A stretch of 63,802 bases of DNA, the filler included, from Reticulomyxa filosa (lineage: Eukaryota > Protista > Foraminifera), in the NCBI GenBank assembly GCA_000512085.1. It is 22 parts of 22 records of this genome, joined end to end, with 100 filler letters (N's around TTAATTAATTAA, not from the genome) between each part and the next. Parts side by side here need not be neighbours in the genome. Positions count along the whole stretch, not along the records: positions 48,960 to 52,212 come from ASPP01028610.1; positions 52,313 to 55,819 come from ASPP01004176.1; positions 55,920 to 57,587 come from ASPP01039998.1; positions 57,688 to 60,145 come from ASPP01011331.1; positions 60,246 to 61,578 come from ASPP01028601.1; positions 61,679 to 62,702 come from ASPP01033627.1; positions 62,803 to 63,802 come from ASPP01033776.1; 15 more parts are not named here. One strand, given 5' to 3'. The position numbers were made by a program, and so were the translations under genes. The notes under the pieces were generated by a model, which was given only the letters and a program-made list of their open reading frames with translations, was not told the DNA's origin and ran no database searches. Below, one piece after another: positions 51,341 through 63,802 of this stretch (position 1 is its first letter; every line of letters starts with the position of its first letter).

Positions 51341-52399
51341 TGCTCGCCTTGCACCGACCCTTCAAAAGAATTTTTCTTTTTTATGGTACACTTGCAGAAA
51401 AAGAAAATATTCGTAGGATTGTAAAGATACAAGCTTGGGAAATTCTTTCATGATTTACGTTAGATGAACAATGTTTTGGAAACCAAAATAAAAAGAAATA
51501 TTATCTTAATTTTAAAGATAGGTATTGCATAGAATGAATACAGGTTTTGATCAGCTCCAAACACGAAGAATGTTTAACAAACAAAAATCAATAGAGTAAC
51601 ACGTCAAGTATATAGTTTTTGAACGAGAAAAGCTTAATTTTTTGTTCAATTTAAAAAGTGTATTGGCCGATCGTAAATTATATAAGATGAAGTGAATATT
51701 AACACAACTTTAAAAAACAATTCATATATTTTTTTCAAAGTGAATTTTCCTTTAGTCTTTTTACTTTGCGCTCAACTAATATATCACTAACAATTATATG
51801 CAATAACAACAGCCTTGTATTTTTTATGTTTCATTCTGCACATGGATAACTATGTAACTTAGTTATGCTTACATCAATGTTTTATGTTCACATACCACTG
51901 TTTTCTTATTATACGAAAGATTTTATCAAATTGTTCGTTTTCTTTACTTTTATTGTTTTTAGTATGATCAATACAAAAGTTTCAAATTGTGATATTTATT
52001 TACTCACTATAATTTTCCCACGCAAATTCTTTTTCTCATTCATTTAGTAATTATTTATTCTCAAATTTCAACGTGATATGCTAAAAATAAAAACTTTCCG
52101 ACACTTGAAAGGAGAAAAACGATTTATACAAATGTACGAACCACTGAGTTTTTTTGTTTTAAAAACTCAGCTCATCACCAAAGTTTTTTTTGCGATATTG
52201 TTATATTCTGAGNNNNNNNNNNNNNNNNNNNNNNNNNNNNNNNNNNNNNNNNNNNNTTAATTAATTAANNNNNNNNNNNNNNNNNNNNNNNNNNNNNNNN
52301 NNNNNNNNNNNNTGCCTTGCAAACATACATAAAAATTGGTATTGAATTGAAAGTTTACTTTACACATAATAACTTGTGTATGTGTGCCAACACATACTA

Positions 52400-53596
52400 G
52401 GAAACACAAACAGTTCCAGTGTTGGCCACTGAATTTGCTGCGCAATCAAATAAAACTGTTATGTGTTTTTTATTTTTTAAAAAAAATTAAATGTAAAGAC
52501 AATGAACCCCTCAATTGTTACGTATTTACTCATTTTTTGCATTGTGATGGCATCCAGTTCAATGATAGCACCAAATCACCGATGAATGAGGATTGCCACC
52601 CAATGTTGTTGAAACTGCTGGCGAAAGAATTGAACGTGGACCCGGAACAAATCCATGACTTTGAGTTGTACTTGTACGACACACACAAGTCATGCCTCGG
52701 AGGTGCTTTGAACGAGTTCATTTACAGCGCTCGCTTGGACAACTTGACGAGCTGCTTTGTTGCTTGCGGGCATTGTTGCAAGCAAACCGCGCCGACAGCT
52801 TTGCCAGCGAAACAAACATCCGTATATTGGCATGCTTTGACAATGAGGAAATTGGCTCCAAATCCAACCGCGGCGCTGCTTCCAATTTGTTGTTGAGCAG
52901 TTGAGTAACCACAAATGTTTCATTTTGAAAAAGGGGCAAGAGAGGGGGACCACAAACTCTACCTTTTGCAACTCCAAGCTTTCAACACACTAATGTATAT
53001 TGTATGCTCATTTGCTCAACCAAAGCTATGAAAAGATTAAACGGAGAAAAGGGTTTTGAAAGCGCAATTCAAAAATCCTTTTTGCTTTCTTCTGATATGG
53101 CTCATGCACTGCATCCCAACTATTCGGAAAAAGTATGTTTTGATTTAATTTGATTTGTAAGAAAGGAGGACAACAACAACAACAACTTTTCAAACACTTG
53201 GTAAGAAAATAAATATCTGTATCGATGCGAAAACAATAACAGCACGAATCCTTACATGGACCTCTCATGCATAAAGGATTGACTGTGAAATATAACTGCA
53301 ATCAAAGATATGCCACCAGTATGGCCTCAAGCTTCCATATAATCGAATTAGCTAGAAAATTAAATATCCCTCTGCAGAAATTTGTTGTGAGAAATGATTT
53401 CCTTTGTGGCACTACTGTCGGGCCCATTTTAGCTACTGCTTGCGGCATTCGTGTTGTTGATGTTGGCATACCACAATTGAGTATGCACAGCATACGCGAA
53501 GTCTGTGGTGTTAAAGACGTTGTGTCTGCCACTAATTTGTTCACTGCTTTCTACGAAAACTTTGTCAAATTAGACTCATCTCTCAAAGTAGATTGA
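52400..53596 (+). CDS. DNPEP: Aspartyl aminopeptidase (peptidase M18), C-terminal part, one apparent frameshift
   Basis: EFIYSARLDNL, FDNEEIGS, SSDMAHALHPNY, NQRYAT, FVVRND...CGTTVGP, DVGIPQLSMHSIRE. One T appears to be missing at 52764-52765. Confidence 0.92.
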
Positions 53597-54540
53597 TTTG
53601 CAATCTGGTACTACTGCTAATATTATAACTTGTCTGTTTTCATTGTGATCATAGACTTTTAAAAAATATTCAAAGTCAACAGGACAATTGTCCAGAAAGA
53701 AATTATACGTCGACTTTCACGAGTCTTATTTGAACTAAATTTTATACTTTGCTACACAGATTACCTTTCAATCATCATGAGGAACCTATGATAAACTTTT
53801 TAAAAAATTTTTTGAGTAAACAAAAAAATTTGACGTTTTCAGATGCACTCGCTTTCTAAACATATGCTTTGTCTTTGTACGACGAAGAGAAACTTATAAC
53901 AACACAATTTTCAATATTTTTTAAAAACATTTATCTCAATCATTATTGTTCATTCTTCAATATTCGTACCCAATTAGGCAAATCAAATGTTATTTAAGTT
54001 TCAGAAGAAAGATTAATTTGTGAAAAGTTTTGATGTAGAACTTGTAGGGATGAAGATAAGTTAGTGTTTTAAAAAAAAAAAGATAAAATTGTAAAAAAAA
54101 TTGATCAAAGCTAAACTTTCCCTTAAAAAGCACTGATCGTAAAAAGTTTCCTTCTATTAATTAAATTGATACAATCCAAAACAAAACACTTGATTGTTTT
54201 CAAAAATTTATACATTTTTTGCATCTACAAAAACAATCAAATACAACAACAATTCGTCAATTACAACATTGATATTATTCAAAAGACACAGATAATAACC
54301 TAAATTACATGCCAAACAAGATATCCAATCGATTACTTGAAAAAACAAAAATCAATACATTAAAAAAAGTTTATTTATCATTTGATAATTAAAAAAAAAT
54401 TCAGATCGTTTTTCTGTTTAAATCTTTATTCATCTGGTGAAAAATTCAACATATTTTACGCGAATTAATATTAATACATAATTTTTTATGTGTGTTTCAA
54501 ATTGCCAATATTTAATTTTTACAAAATAATATAAATTCTA

Positions 54541-55472
54541 ATGTGTCCAACGGGTCAAGCTTGGAAAAAATTGACATTTACAGACTTGGTGGCTGCAAAC
54601 AACACAAAAGAAGCAGAGTTGTTCGCGCAGTTCCTAGCGAACAAGGATGGTATAATAATAGCAGAGGCGATGAAGTCATTAGAGACATTGGAAAACACAG
54701 TGAAGAAGACTGACAGAGCTGTTGTCTCAAAGTCACGAAGTGAGTCATTTGAAAGGAGTACTCGAACGAATATCAGCCTTGCAAGGACATATAATCCGAG
54801 TGAGGCCGGCTTTTGTCAGCCATTGTATGATATCCATTTGAAGTACACGCAGTTGACGACAATGGAATAGACAAGCACGTACTTGCACTTAATAAAACTG
54901 CAAGCGCAAATGAAGGTGCACATGCACGAGGATAAAGATATGAAACATGCAGCACTATATGTGACCGAAATGCAAATGATCATCGACTCCAGTTCGTTGC
55001 AGATCAAAATTGTGCAAGATATATCTACATACGCAAAATCAGCATGTCAATCGATCCGTGACTTAGCGAAGCACCGACTAATAACCACGTTGAAGACTCT
55101 CAACCAAGCGGGAATGGCGACCAATTTGCAAATCATGTGCAACTTGGGACGATCGGAAATGAACCATATCCTTGTGGATATGATGAATAGTCTGCATATG
55201 CAATGTGTCCGTTTTTTGAATGGAGCATTGAATGATGATGGCTCGATCGAGACAAGAGAGAATTGACATTATTGATGCGGAAAAAAAGGGAAATCATGTC
55301 ACAGCAAATCTTTGCGGAAATGATCGGCTCTTGCTCCAATTTCACTTTGGTCTTTTAGTCCAAACTTGTTGATGCCGTCAAAAAAGAGTTTGAATCCCAT
55401 CACTTGTCCTCCGTTGTTCATAAAATCAAGAATTTTGATAAGCATCATTCAGTTGCCAGCATGAACAAGTAA
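54541..55472 (+). pseudogene. Intronless helical-protein pseudogene
   Basis: ORFs 54541-54870 and 54883-55266 share a frame, separated by TAG 54868-54870. A frameshift near 55260 and another TAG follow before the final TAA. Confidence 0.55.
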
Positions 55473-55919
55473 TTTAACTTTATGTGAATGTACTGCTTCC
55501 TAAAACAGTAACATAAATTTCTTTTTAATTTTGGTGCGTGCGTTAATGTTAAGTTTTTCTCTTGTTTAAATATACCGTTGTAAACTTTAATTTTTACTCG
55601 TTAAAAACTCTATGTCAATAGATGGTGATTAGTATTTTTAAAAGAAATAACGAGTAATTTTTGTGAAGTGGAAAACATTACCAACATATTAAAAATAATG
55701 TTAAGCTTGTTCAGATAAAAAAAAATGATAAATATTTAATTTTTATTATTAAACACTTTTGAAAAGAATGCTGAGAAACTTTTCATTTTAATAAATCAAC
55801 TAAGTAAAAACAGTGGTCGNNNNNNNNNNNNNNNNNNNNNNNNNNNNNNNNNNNNNNNNNNNNTTAATTAATTAANNNNNNNNNNNNNNNNNNNNNNNNN
55901 NNNNNNNNNNNNNNNNNNN

Positions 55920-56861
55920 GAATTGATTTGGAATAAAATGATACACGATTTTAATGTTGATATCAATATAATTTCGATCAATTCAATATTAAATGTATAT
56001 GCGAAATGTGGAGAAATAAATAAGATGATGGAAATATTGAATTATTCACAACGACCAGAAAAGTTTATTTCAATCAATGAAATAACATATACAACAATTA
56101 TGTCAGGATTTTTGAAAGCGAATAAAGTGAAAGAAATGTTTGATTTTTATGATAATCAAATTCCAAAGTTAGCTTTAAATAATGATATTAACTCGAAACA
56201 CAAGTTCATGATAGCATTGAAAAATTTGGGACATTTGAGAATGATGGAAACATTAGATGGAAATGAAATTGAAAAATTATCATTTCATCATCAAAAAATT
56301 TTAGATTTTTTTGAAAATGAGCTATATCCTGATATCAAATTTAAACCTACTTCTATTTCATTGGATGACGTTGATACTTTGCTACGGGCATATGTGTTAT
56401 TGAATAAGAAATCATGGATGAAAGCAGTGAAAGATGTTGAAACAATATTATTACAAAAATCTAATTACATTCAACCATTAAGTTATTGGCACCAAGATAT
56501 TTTAAATAAAAAGCAAATATTATTGGATTTTACTTACTTTTCAACACCTACAACATGTTTTATGTTGCGCTATTTGATGACATTTCAAAGACAAGAATTG
56601 AAGAGAAAATTCAAAAATGGTCCAATCAGAATATTGTGTGGAAAATCTCAATTCTCAAATAAGCCAAGATTAAGTGGATGGAAAGAAGATTATGAATCTC
56701 CAAAAAAGAAGAGTATTGAAGATGAATTGAACAAATGGAAAATACAAATACGATTAGAGCAGGACAAATACAATCCAGCTGTGTGGTATTTGAATGAAGG
56801 TGATGTTGAATTGTTTTTTGAAACAGTACCTCCAGGTGAAGATTGTTTGAAAGTGAGATGA
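55920..56861 (+). CDS. PPR protein with C-terminal SMR-like domain, 5'-truncated
   Basis: PPR motifs IISINSILNVYAKCGEINKMMEIL and EITYTTIMSGFLKANKVKEMFDFY. SMR-like ILLDFTYFS...IRILCGKSQFS...KKSIEDEL...NPAVWYL. Confidence 0.8.
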   Translation, partial: ELIWNKMIHDFNVDINIISINSILNVYAKCGEINKMMEILNYSQRPEKFISINEITYTTIMSGFLKANKVKEMFDFYDNQIPKLALNNDINSKHKFMIALKNLGHLRMMETLDGNEIEKLSFHHQKILDFFENELYPDIKFKPTSISLDDVDTLLRAYVLLNKKSWMKAVKDVETILLQKSNYIQPLSYWHQDILNKKQILLDFTYFSTPTTCFMLRYLMTFQRQELKRKFKNGPIRILCGKSQFSNKPRLSGWKEDYESPKKKSIEDELNKWKIQIRLEQDKYNPAVWYLNEGDVELFFETVPPGEDCLKVR

Positions 56862-57453
56862 AATATATTTGAATGTAGTGAGTTAGAGAGATGACTGGTA
56901 GCATTTTTTTATTAATTCAATTACTAGTTTTCACTTATCTTTTGTAGTTTTTGGCTAAATCCGATTTTGTTCATTTTTGATTACTTCAAGTTAACAAATA
57001 CTGGCATTTGTTCACAAAAGAAGAGAAAGTATCACTGAATTATCAAATTTTAATAAATTTATTGCTTACATTTTTTTTAATCAATGCATTTAATGATTCC
57101 ATTACTGATGTTGGTTACATTTAGTCCTTGAGTGATAGACTCTTAATTGTCAAAATTTTTATTTCAGATACAATAGAAGTGTTTTGTTTTCTTCATGGCT
57201 GCAACCGTAGTTTTACTTTGACTGGGTAAAACATAATCTAAATCACAGTTTGCATTTCCAGTGATGTGATACGTTTTATGTACTTTTTCAAATATGAACG
57301 AAGTTAAATTAATCCACAAATGAAACAATTTAACTGTCAGAATTATTGCAAAACTGGTTATTTAATTTTTAAAAAACTAAAAATTGAAAAAAACTAATGA
57401 TTGGTTTAATCAATAAAATAAATCAATCACAATTAACCCTTTTCCAAATATCT

Positions 57454-57587
57454 TTACATTCGACTCTCTCTCAAACAATCTTCACCTGGCGGTATTGTAT
57501 CAAAAAACAATTGAACATCTTTTTTATTCAAATACCACACAGTTGGATTGAATTTGTCTTGTTCCAATCGTATTTGTATCTTCCATT
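57454..57587 (-). CDS. 3' end of a second PPR-SMR paralogue, convergent with the first
   Basis: WKIQIRLEQDKFNPTVWYLNKKDVQLFFDTIPPGEDCLRESRM* versus WKIQIRLEQDKYNPAVWYLNEGDVELFFETVPPGEDCLKVR*. Confidence 0.88.
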
Positions 57588-58320
57588 NNNNNNNNNNNNN
57601 NNNNNNNNNNNNNNNNNNNNNNNNNNNNNNNTTAATTAATTAANNNNNNNNNNNNNNNNNNNNNNNNNNNNNNNNNNNNNNNNNNNNTCACCAATTAAGC
57701 TATTATTTTTAATATCCCAAAAATATTAAATCTATTTGAAAAATGTATCGATCGGATACTGTCATCATTAGACGACAAAACTATTGCGATATTTGCAGAT
57801 TATATGACCAAATGGAAACATGAATTGTTTGATTACGATTTGTTACACAAACAAGTACTTCCAAAAATAAACATAGTTGAAATTCCCAATCAAAGATATC
57901 AAAACAATAATTGGAAGTTAGATTGAAGCAATTCGCCAAGCACTCAACCACGTACATAGGCAATAAAAATGTAAGTATTGTTATGTAGTTAAAACGGTAG
58001 GATTATAACTTCATGAAAGTAGCATAATATGCTTGTCAAATTTAAAAAATACTACAAAGTACAGACATTTGGATGATCATAATCTAATTCATTAAATCTA
58101 ATTTTTTGTATATTTCGTTGCTTTGTTCTTTCTTCTTATAAACGAAAATTGATAGCATCAAGATGTTCATATTACCCATGTCGTTAATGTTGATAAAATA
58201 ATGGTTGTTTTTTTAAAAGAGAACTGCGTACAAAAAAGATGGTCTTTTGAAAAGTTTCTTAGTAAAACAAAATTTATGCACAAAAAAAAATTTCAAACCT
58301 CCTAACTTTTCTCATTACAA

Positions 58321-59987
58321 ATGACAAGGAATATCAACCGTTTCAATTACTCAAACTTTGATAAGCGAAGAAAGCGAGAGTATGAAGCATATGACGAACC
58401 TTTTACTTCTTCTCGAACGACCGCTCGCTGTTTCGAGTTTAAAGAAAGCGAGGACAAATATCAATACACTTGGAATTATTATAGAAATAAGAAATGGTCA
58501 AACAATAACTACAATACAAAGAATTTTAATCAGACAAGATATAGATATGATAAAATTAGAACTAGAAGTGTTTACAATAAGTATAAAAGTAAAAGTAATG
58601 ATTATTATCAACATTATCATCATGGCAGGTATAATGAATATAGACGTGGTGGATATTCGTTTTGGAGGCAGGAGAACAAACGACAATATAGGGTTAAACG
58701 TTATCACCATCATGAAAAGTTGTTGTATTCGGTAATGAATTAAACAAAACAAAACAAAAAAATATATATTTTATTTTTTCACAAAGAGTAATAAATAATA
58801 CCTTGAAAACAGATAGAACAAGAGAGGGATTTAATAATAGAAAAGTGGGTTCGATCTTCAAGAATTAAAAGAGGATGGATTAACGAGTTTAATCAACTTA
58901 TTGTAAAATATGTTAAGTTATTTGTCTTTTTTTTTTTTTTTTTTAAAATCCAGTTTAATATTCATTTAATATATTTTTGTACAGGCCAAAGGTTTTAAAT
59001 TATTTAAAGTATTGCCAGGAAATTTCTGTCACAATCTGATGTGTTTTTCAGCAAACAGCCGCAATATTGTTGCATCAACATATGAAGACATGATTGAAAT
59101 ATGGGATATTGTATCGGAAAAATTAAAAAAAGTATCCATTGGGGAGATTGTGGTATATTTCTACTTGATAGAAATACTATTGCGCAATCAATGTGTGGGA
59201 TTAAATTATGGAATATACAGTCAGGACGAGAATTGATGGACACGGGTCTTAGTATGCATATTGTGAATATTTCTCTAGATGGTAAATATATTATTGCACA
59301 GCAATACGATGCACATGATACAATAGAATTAGGGATACACATTTTGAATGTGTGAAACTGCATCTGAAAAGAGGATTTACTCAATTTTCACCTAATAGTA
59401 AAATGCTTCTATTAGTTAATTATGATACAATTAAGCTATTGGATACACAATCAGGTAAAATAGTGAATGAGATAATATGTTCTGATAATGCAAGAAGTGC
59501 AACATTCTCTCCAGATAGTAAGTATATTGCGGCCCGTGTAAATGCAGGATCAGTGCAAATATGGGATGTAGAATCAGGAATATTATTACAAAGCATAAAT
59601 ATGAGTGGATTTATTTTGAATACGGAATTTTTTTCACATGGCCAAGTCTTTGTGCGTTCAAGTAGTGTATGTGAATTGTACGATATAAAATTAGGAACAT
59701 TATTACAAAGCATAAATATTAGTGGATCTATTTTGAACACGGAATTTTTTCCACATGGCCAAATCTTTGTGCATCGGTCAAATGGTGGATTTGGATTGTA
59801 CGATATAAAATCGGGACATGAAATACAGATAGAACATAATGATTTAACTCAATTGTACGATATAGAATTAAAACGCGAAATGGAGGATTTTGAACTTGGC
59901 CCTCGGCTAACGGCTGATATTTCACCCAATGGTAATATGGTTATGATACGCGCATTTGATGGAAGAATTAGAATATGGAGATACTAA
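58321..59987 (+). pseudogene. Arg/Tyr/Asn-rich N-terminus + 'GWINEF' module + divergent WD40 gene, frameshifted
   Basis: Exon 1 58321-58731, exon 2 58813-58911 (IEQERDLIIEKWVRSSRIKRGWINEFNQLIVKY), exon 3 from 58985 with WD40 repeats. Frame changes near 59150 and 59350. Confidence 0.7.
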
Positions 59988-61021
59988 AGCATTTATAATC
60001 ACAAATAAATACTTTTTATGCTAAAAAAGAAAAATCAATATATGTCAAGTATTAGCCTAAATATTTTCAATTATTCAACATTTACAAAGATATATCAAGA
60101 TCACAAATAGTATAAGATTTTCTTTTTGATAACAAATTAAATAAANNNNNNNNNNNNNNNNNNNNNNNNNNNNNNNNNNNNNNNNNNNNTTAATTAATTA
60201 ANNNNNNNNNNNNNNNNNNNNNNNNNNNNNNNNNNNNNNNNNNNNTATGCTGTCCACGAGTGAGTCGTAAGTCGTCCACATTTTTCAACTCGTGACGTAT
60301 GCCATTAGGTCCCTTTTTTTGTATTTAAAAAAAATTTATTGTTTGTGTCAACGCGATATTGCGTGTGCAAAAAAAAAAAAAACATCTTCTTGTAATGATA
60401 GACTAGTTGAGCAACTATTGAGAACACTCGGATTGTTGATGTAGTTTCCAAACATGCTCTTTCTTTTAAATTCTTAAAAAATTCTTTACATTGCTGGCTC
60501 AAGGTTTATTGTTGTTGTTATTTCATTTTTCATTTTTCATGTTTCGTGTTTGTGTTTTTGTTTTGACTACTCACGTTTTTGTTTTCAAGAAAGGAAAAGA
60601 CAAATAAAACTATACTTGAGCAATGTTCTTGTCTTTTATCCCCATCACTCCCTTGAAAAAGGTTAAATTACGTTTTGATCAATTGGAAGCTAAAAAGGAG
60701 ATACAATGGAAAAAATTCAACGAGTTCAATATGAAAGACACCACAAGTTGTAAATTCAAATAAATACTTTGACTGAAACGAACATATCACTGCTCGGATT
60801 ACTTGCTGACATTTTCTTTTTAAGGGTTGTGCATGATAGAACCCAGCAAAATATTCTCCATGAACCATTTGATTCCATTTTACAAAATACAATAAACAGA
60901 AACTCATGTCTCAAGTAACGAGTGCATACACTCGTTCAGCTCAAAGATATCTGTAAGGAATTTTAAAAAACTTGATGAGAAATTTATAAATCATTGATCA
61001 AATAAATAAAAAGAAAAAAAA

Positions 61022-61578
61022 ATGAGCAAACTGGAAGACGAAAAAATCAAAAAAGTAAATACTGCGAAGCCCTGTTTTGAACTACAACAATTATGCTTCA
61101 ACAAAAACTGGATTTTACAGTCGAAACCATCGTGACCGAATTCAGGGTTTGATTTGTTTGATTTGCAAACAAATTGTGAACAATCCGATCGAAATGACGT
61201 GTCCAGATCATAAAAACGTGATTGTTGGAGGACATTGTCTGGAGCAATTTCTTAATGTGAATCGTTGTTGTTATACTAAAAACAAACAAATGCAACAACA
61301 TATCGATAATTTGAACGTAATTTGTCCGCTGCAATTTGAGCAATTGTATGAAAAGAAGGGAAGAGGAGTTATATGTGACTTCAATGGAAAACTGGAGCAT
61401 TTGAATGCTCATTTGGATAATGCATGTCTATTGAAATTGTTCGAATGTTGGTTTAAGCCATTTGGATGCAATCACAATTCGTTTAAACCCGAATTGGAAC
61501 AACATTTAATTTCAAGCATGAAATTTCATTTTGATTTGGTAATGGATACATTTCAAAGATTAAATCGAAATATGGAAC
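61022..61578 (+). CDS. RING-like + TRAF-type zinc-finger protein, one frameshift, 3'-truncated (possibly a pseudogene)
   Basis: MSKLEDE...CFNKNWILQS, then after removing one A at 61124-61126, ICLICKQIVNNPIEMTC...HCL, VICPLQF...CDFNGKL...HLDNAC, CWFKPFGCNH...LEQHL...HFDLV. Confidence 0.75.
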
Positions 61579-62035
61579 NNNNNNNNNNNNNNNNNNNNNN
61601 NNNNNNNNNNNNNNNNNNNNNNTTAATTAATTAANNNNNNNNNNNNNNNNNNNNNNNNNNNNNNNNNNNNNNNNNNNNTGCAATGTAATGGGAAAATAAG
61701 GGAAAATATTGGGAAAAAAAAAAGTTGCAAATGAATTGCAAAGTAATGGGAAAAGATGGGAAAATATTGTGAAAAAAAGGGAAAATAAATTTTAAAAATT
61801 TGATAAAAATTTTATTTAAGAAAAATTAAAGAGTGATAAATTTGAAAAAAATAAAAAGAATGATAAAATTAAAAATAATTAAAAAAAAATTGACAATTGG
61901 AAAAAAATGAAAGAAAAAATTAAAAAGATAAATGAAAAAAAGTTTAAAAAAGATAGAAAAAATAGAAAAATAAAAGGGAAAAAGAGGGGGGAAAATGAAA
62001 AAGAATAATGAAGAAAAAAGAAGAAGAGCGAAGAC

Positions 62036-62702
62036 CAGTCGCTTATCGTTTATGTGCGCATTTGCGCAACTTTGGATGTTTTGGTGGTAGGAGCATTGAT
62101 CAATGAAGACTCCCAATAATGAAAAAAAAATAAGAATGGTGCCATCAATAATCAATGGCAAATTCAAAAGTTGGATGAATTGGAATTATCGAGTTCGTTC
62201 GACAATGACAAAGTGGATCTCATACAATGGCGACGATAGAAAGTGGATTGCTAGTTGGGAAAAATTGCAAAACAATTGGCAAGATTCTAGTTCAATTTCG
62301 GATAGTTTAAATCTTGGTGCAGTCGGACTAAGAAAGCAAGCGCCAAGAAGAAAAAAGACTTAGTGATACAGCGCAAAGTGGACAGTATTGACATTGTGGT
62401 GTTGCAACATTGGTAGAAAAAAGTAGAAGGCCATGAGAAAGGAAGTGTTAACCCGAACAATTGCAAAGAAGTTGTTTGCTATCAGCGTATGCGCGAATAA
62501 GTCTCCAGATAATTGTTGGCTTGGCACAGCACCAAAAAGGGCTTCGAACTTGTCTACAGGCGCCAGCGACGTGAAACTCGACTATTATGAAAATTGCGCA
62601 ACTCGATCAACTAATTGCAACAATCGAACGCGTATACTGGAAACTCGTATTTAAACTGGTTGTGTGCGTACGCACATTCGCAACTTTGTATATTGGATCG
62701 TG
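62036..62702 (+). repeat. Third and fourth (tandem) copies of the unrecognised coding unit
   Basis: SLIVYVRICATLDV (62039), SISDSLNLGAV (62292), TRTIAKKLFAI and KLVVCVRTFATLYI (62653). The CVR motif recurs 614 nt apart. Confidence 0.7.
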
Positions 62703-63802
62703 NNNNNNNNNNNNNNNNNNNNNNNNNNNNNNNNNNNNNNNNNNNNTTAATTAATTAANNNNNNNNNNNNNNNNNNNNNNNNNNNNNNNNNNNNNNNNNN
62801 NNTCCAACGACCTTATTAAAACATTTTAGGGCATAAAAAAAAATCACAAATATCAACAATTTAAAAATATTTCATTTTTCTTCATGATATACGCTTAAAT
62901 CTTGACTGTGGAAATTCTGGAACATGAAGAGATCGCAATCATTGCCACAATTGCACGTAATCTCCTACACGTCGGCAGCATAACACAAAAAAAGCACAAA
63001 ATTACGTTAAAACTATCAATTTCATAAAAAATTTGCAAGAAATTACAAACTTAAAAAAGCCATGATAATAGCACATTTAAATTAAAAAGTATCTGAAAAC
63101 ATTTCAAAAGACTGCATAAAATTAAAGTGATATTTAAAAACTACAAGATTTGCATATATTTTTTAACCAAAAAATTTGGTGTTTTTTCATGGATAATCAA
63201 TTATCTCTATAATGTACCAACTTTCGTTTTTATTCTACTGTATTTATAAAGTAGATCAAGAGTTTACATTATACAATGAAGAAGCTTGATAATCTCAAAT
63301 TCTAGAAATACAAGCGTAAATTTTTTAAAATATACTGTAAGTAAATATTATAAAAAACATATTCAAAAATTTTAAAATTTCATAGCAATACAAGTGAAGT
63401 AGTCATTTTCTTGCAAAATTCACAAAAATTATTGAAAAACGAAATTTCTGTTAATTTCATTAATGTTTCTAATGATGTAAATTGATAATTCATCGTACTT
63501 TTTACTTTAATTTAAAATTTTTTTTGTGATATTGGAACGTGATTAAATCTCTTATGCTGTCTTTTTGTCGTTGAATTCTCATTTTAAGTTTGATTCGCAG
63601 TTAAACTTGCTTTATTGAGACCACATCGTATTCATTTTTTAAAATAGAGTGTTCAATTGAATAACTTGTCCTTGAAACTACTTAAACAAAAAAGCTTGCT
63701 TCTTCAATTGTTGACATCTTATGTTCATCTACAACTTTTCAAGCGATTGAAAAAAAAGAACACATTCAAAGAAATCATAACGGACGTGAGAGTAGGAAAA
63801 AG

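Noticed and set aside
8911-55472. Alternative genetic code with TAA/TAG = Gln, prompted by stops at Gln-like sites and many intact genes ending in TGA
   Set aside because: Long Gln-rich ORFs (1227, 559 and 491 aa) contain no in-frame TAR, TAA ends genes at natural C-termini (27372, 57454, 59987), and the TAR-bearing genes also carry frameshifts.
4418-61578. A physical immunity gene cluster (NACHT-WD40, VLIG-like, RNF213-like, TRAF)
   Set aside because: Each gene is on a separate contig joined artificially, so linkage cannot be inferred.
61679-62030. GGGAAAA-like purine-rich tract as a telomere or G-quadruplex array
   Set aside because: Irregular period and inflated homopolymers at a contig start; looks like low-quality read end or simple low complexity.
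4316-62802. Regularly recurring TTAATTAATTAA flanked by N runs, as a CRISPR-like or biological repeat
   Set aside because: Invariant 44N-12-44N format with stops in six frames marks an artificial contig linker.
1-63802. tRNA, rRNA or snRNA genes
   Set aside because: None recognised by eye; tRNAscan-SE and Infernal would be needed to exclude them.

Overview
This window is not one locus. It is 22 short contigs joined by an artificial 100-bp spacer (44 N + TTAATTAATTAA + 44 N), so adjacency across spacers means nothing. All but one contig is AT-rich, intron-containing eukaryotic DNA. The gene families (expanded WD40, kelch-like and RING/TRAF zinc-finger genes, many pseudogenes) resemble those I recall from the foraminiferan Reticulomyxa filosa; this assignment is inference, not a search result. 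Recognisable genes: a 7TM GPCR-like gene, an NLR-like NACHT-pentapeptide-WD40 gene, a PDZ gene, full-length WDR35/IFT121, a multicopper oxidase, a membrane sulfotransferase, an HSP70 5' fragment, a VLIG-like large-GTPase fragment, an RNF213-like C-terminus, an M18 aspartyl aminopeptidase, a convergent pair of PPR-SMR paralogues, several WD40/kelch/TRAF pseudogenes and a decayed LINE. One GC-rich contig is a bacterial lon fragment. Most interesting signals: (1) many introns lack a polypyrimidine tract and have a 5' U-tract with a 3' A-tract ending AAG, or self-complementary TA repeats, which suggests structure-bridged splicing; (2) NLR-like and other cell-autonomous-immunity-type genes; (3) PPR-SMR proteins outside plants; (4) an intron-bounded 'GWIxDF' module shared by kelch and WD40 genes; (5) an unrecognised repeated protein domain found in three contigs. 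Exon boundaries were inferred by eye.
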